DNA of 64,000 nucleotides from assembly GCA_965217865.1 (NCBI GenBank), contig CBDCJO010000002.1:2112001-2176000 (forward strand). The letters run 5' to 3'. Made by a program: the position numbers and the translations under genes. The DNA is from Candidatus Latescibacterota bacterium (lineage in GTDB: Bacteria > Latescibacterota > UBA2968 > SICM01). The notes under the pieces were generated by a model that was not told the origin of the DNA, made no database searches, and saw nothing but the letters and a program-made list of their open reading frames with translations. Positions within the stretch are counted from its first letter, which is position 1, and every line of letters begins with the position of its first letter. Positions 60,932 to 64,000 of the stretch are shown one piece after another.

Positions 60932-60971
60932 CTCAGAGGATGGGGGTATGGCCGCCCGCAACCGTGATGCA

Positions 60972-62102
60972 TCATCCCCGCTGATCGATAGGGATGTACG
61001 GGACCGAGTGAGGCCCTGTATACTCCCCCAGGGGACGAATCAGTCGGTTATCCGCATACTGCTCCAGGACGTGGCCCGTCCATCCCACAATCCTGCTCAA
61101 TGCGAAGACCGGGGTAAACAGATCTGTTGGAATGCCTATATAATAGTAGACCGAAGCTGAATAGAAATCAACATTGGCACAAATTCCTCGATCCACCATC
61201 CCCCTCGCGACCATCACCTCCTCGATCCTTCTGGATATCTCGTACCATTTAGGCTCACCGGACCGCTGGCCAAGTTCTTTGGAAAACTTCCTGAGATGTG
61301 TTGCCCGAGGATCCTCAGTCTTATAGACACGATGTCCGAATCCCGGGACCTTTTCCTTCCGGGAAATCATCCCTTCGATATACGCCTCAACCCGCTCGGG
61401 CGAGCCGATCGCCGACAGCAATTTAATCACCTGCTGGTTGGCGCCGCCGTGAAGGGGGCCTTTAAGCGCGCAGATGGCCGAGCAGATCGCTGAATACATG
61501 TCGGACATGGTCGCTGCGGTCACCCGTCCCGCAAAAGTAGAGGCGTTAAACTCGTGGTCTGCGTGGAGAATCAGGCAAACATCGAAAATCTCGGCTACGC
61601 GTGGGTCCGGGATCCGGCCGGACAGAATGTAAAGAAAATTTGCGGCGTGACCCAGAGAAGAATCAAAAGGAATCGGATCTTGATGATTCCGAAGCCGGTG
61701 GTAGTCTGCTATAATCGCCGGAAACTTGGCCGTCAACCTGATGGCCTTCCTGAGATTTGCCTCCGACGAATCATCCTCCGCTTCTGGGTCGCACATCGCC
61801 AGCGTGGACACAATCGTCCGAAGTGCGGTCATGGGCGAGGCCTTCTTCGCAATCGATCTCAGAATCAATTGGACCTCCGCAGGAAGCCTGCGTTCGGGGG
61901 TCATTTTTTTGCGGAGATCCTCCAGTTTCCTTTGTGTCGGAAGAGAACCGAACCAGAGCAGATACGCCGCTTCCTCGAAGGAAGCGCTTCCCACCATTTC
62001 GTGGATGTCAATCCCCTGATATATCAAACGGCCCCGTTTTCCGTCGATCAGGCAGAGCCGGGTGGGCCCGGCGACGACATCTTCAAGTCCTCTATGCAAC
62101 AT
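60972..62102 (-). CDS. gltA: Citrate synthase
   Basis: DHEFNAST, GPLHGGAN, GFGHRVYK, NVDFYS. Confidence 0.95.
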   Translation of the reverse strand: MLHRGLEDVVAGPTRLCLIDGKRGRLIYQGIDIHEMVGSASFEEAAYLLWFGSLPTQRKLEDLRKKMTPERRLPAEVQLILRSIAKKASPMTALRTIVSTLAMCDPEAEDDSSEANLRKAIRLTAKFPAIIADYHRLRNHQDPIPFDSSLGHAANFLYILSGRIPDPRVAEIFDVCLILHADHEFNASTFAGRVTAATMSDMYSAICSAICALKGPLHGGANQQVIKLLSAIGSPERVEAYIEGMISRKEKVPGFGHRVYKTEDPRATHLRKFSKELGQRSGEPKWYEISRRIEEVMVARGMVDRGICANVDFYSASVYYYIGIPTDLFTPVFALSRIVGWTGHVLEQYADNRLIRPLGEYTGPHSVPYIPIDQRG

Positions 62103-62544
62103 CCACGATATCCATAAGAAAGCCAAGGGCAATGGCCCGGTGCGATCCGGGATTTCAACTCTACAATCTAAGTAAAAAAAACAACGGGAACAATCATTTT
62201 CATCCCCGAGCGCTCTCGGTTGCAGGTGTGTTCACGAAGATGCATGGTGACCCCCGACAAAAAACGGCTTGCTTGTCTTTTTTGATTTTATTACCTTTTT
62301 GTGATCCGCCTGCGTCATACCCTAAATCCCCTCTGCTTCCCCCTGCGCCCTCCAGGGTCCATTCTCTGACCGATTGAGCACCAAGCCTGACCCAAACGTC
62401 CAGCGCATCCTGTCGGACGGGTAAGCGGCCTTTTGGTCGGTTGTCTATGTCTGACACGGTTCAAATCTACGGACCGACTCCGATGTCTTCCGGAATCAGG
62501 CCGAACCGTTGATCTGTTGTAAAGAAAGGCGAGGACCTTTTAAT

Positions 62545-64000
62545 TTGAAGACGGAGATCATCATCAACGTTGCGTCCAACGAGTCCCGGATCGCAATCCT
62601 TGAAGACGGAAGACTCGTGGAAATCCTGGTGGAACGGCCCGAAAATGAGAGGATGGTCGGAAACGTTTATAAGGGAGTGGTCAGTGCCGTTCTTCCAGGG
62701 ATGCAGGCTGCCTTTATCGATATCGGCCTGGAAAAAAGCGCATTTCTTCACGTTTCGGACATGGTCGATTCCCCGGGGCGCTTATTCGACGAGGATATGG
62801 ATGACGACCCTGAATTACCCTCGGGGGGACGCGGGAGTCCCCAGGTGCCCATCCAGGACGTGTTGCGTAAAGGACAGGACATCCTGGTCCAGGTCACGAA
62901 GGAACCGATCGGCACGAAGGGCCCGAGGGTAACCTCAGAACTCTCTCTGGCCGGCAGGTTTATCGTACTGGTCCCCAAAGGCGGGAAGATCGGGGTCTCA
63001 CGAAAAATCACGGACTGGGGGGAGAAACGAAGGCTAAAAGATATCGTAAAAGAGGTCAAGCCCAACGGTTACGGCCTTATCATCCGAACCGTTGCGGTGG
63101 GCCAGGAGGAGAAGGAGTTGCAGAAAGACATCAAGGTGCTTCTCCGCCTCTGGGAACGGGTCCAAAAGACCGCAAATAAATCCGCCGCACCGGCCATGAT
63201 CCACCAAGAGATGGGGATGACATCCAGCCTGATCCGGGACCTCTTCAACGACGAAGTCTCGCGGCTCGTCGTCGATTCAAGGCACGAGAACAAGCAGATC
63301 ATGGCCTATCTCAAGTCGGTCTCTCCCCACCTGCGGGAACGAGTGACCCTCTACAAGGAGAAAAAACCCATTTTCGATGCCTTTGGGATCGAAGATCAGA
63401 TCGAGAAGTGTTACGATCGAAGGGGTTGGCTAAAGGGTGGTGGCTACCTCATCATCGATCACACGGAGGCCATGGTCGCCATCGACGTAAACTCCGGAAA
63501 AAATGTCGGTAAAGACAATCAGGAGGACACCTCCCTCCGAGTGAACCTCGAGGCCGCTCGGGAGATCGCCAGGCAACTCCGGTTGCGAGACCTCGGCGGG
63601 ATCATCGTCGTGGATTTCATCGACATGGCCTCCGGCAAGAATCGTCGCCGGGTCGAAGAGGAGTTCCAGTCCGCGCTTCGAAGGGATCGTTCGAAAACCC
63701 ACGTTTCTCAGCTTAGTGAATTCGGCCTCATTGAGATGACCCGACAACGGGTCCGTCCGAGTCTCCTCTACACCTTCAGCGAACCCTGCGACCACTGCCG
63801 GGGGTTAGGAAGGGTGCAAGGCCGGGATACCACAGTGACTCGAATTGAGCGATGGCTGAAACGGTCTCGTGCGGCCTCACTCGAACGAAGGTTGACCGTC
63901 CGGGTTCATCCGGTCGTCTACGATTACCTGATGGAAAATAAAGGCGAACGATTTAAACTCATGCGGAAGGCCACTCGGGTCTGGCTTGCCGTAGAAAGCG
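62545..64000 (+). CDS. Rne/Rng family ribonuclease (runs off the window; not in the ORF track)
   Basis: Manual translation MKTEIIINV...VGNVYKG...PGMQAAFIDIG...QVTKEPIGTKGPR...AIDVNSG...QLRLRDLGGIIVVDFIDM...CxxCxG. Confidence 0.95.
   Translation, partial: MKTEIIINVASNESRIAILEDGRLVEILVERPENERMVGNVYKGVVSAVLPGMQAAFIDIGLEKSAFLHVSDMVDSPGRLFDEDMDDDPELPSGGRGSPQVPIQDVLRKGQDILVQVTKEPIGTKGPRVTSELSLAGRFIVLVPKGGKIGVSRKITDWGEKRRLKDIVKEVKPNGYGLIIRTVAVGQEEKELQKDIKVLLRLWERVQKTANKSAAPAMIHQEMGMTSSLIRDLFNDEVSRLVVDSRHENKQIMAYLKSVSPHLRERVTLYKEKKPIFDAFGIEDQIEKCYDRRGWLKGGGYLIIDHTEAMVAIDVNSGKNVGKDNQEDTSLRVNLEAAREIARQLRLRDLGGIIVVDFIDMASGKNRRRVEEEFQSALRRDRSKTHVSQLSEFGLIEMTRQRVRPSLLYTFSEPCDHCRGLGRVQGRDTTVTRIERWLKRSRAASLERRLTVRVHPVVYDYLMENKGERFKLMRKATRVWLAVES

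Noticed and set aside
62133-62544. Possible structured rne leader or ncRNA in the gltA-rne intergenic region
   Set aside because: Only weak hairpins; no recognisable RNA family can be supported by eye.

Overview
Mostly core chromosome of a GC-rich bacterium. It is probably an FCB-group lineage such as Ca. Latescibacterota; this is inferred from the dockerin/cohesin/FlgD-Ig surface proteins, homodimeric GlyRS and GlnRS, not from a database search. Housekeeping blocks: def, moaD/E, garR, glnS, pntAa/Ab/B, thiD/thiE, glyQS, trxA, holA, tRNA-Leu-tig-clpP-clpX-engB-nadE, uppS-cdsA-dxr-rseP, tRNA-Lys, moaC, argF, nrnA, smc, serS, gltA and a partial rne/rng. Features the ORF track misses or breaks: (1) a CxxU Rdx/SelW-family selenoprotein with an in-frame UGA and a SECIS-like hairpin, directly upstream of a glutaredoxin-type arsC interrupted at a G8 tract; (2) a two-gene surface-protein operon (1556 aa and 506 aa, both ending in a YPNPFNP/FlgD-Ig domain) with a near-consensus sigma70 promoter, a ~500-nt leader, a compositionally distinct N-terminal third, and a GT-C (YfhO) gene upstream; (3) two sigma54-type promoters in front of tiny unannotated ORFs; (4) decaying accessory genes (HDOD, MotE/FlbB-like, GT39, an ilvD fragment) among intact housekeeping genes, plus an IS200/IS605-like end that may be an orphan TnpB omega-RNA. 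No CRISPR array, rRNA, integrase or intact transposase was seen.
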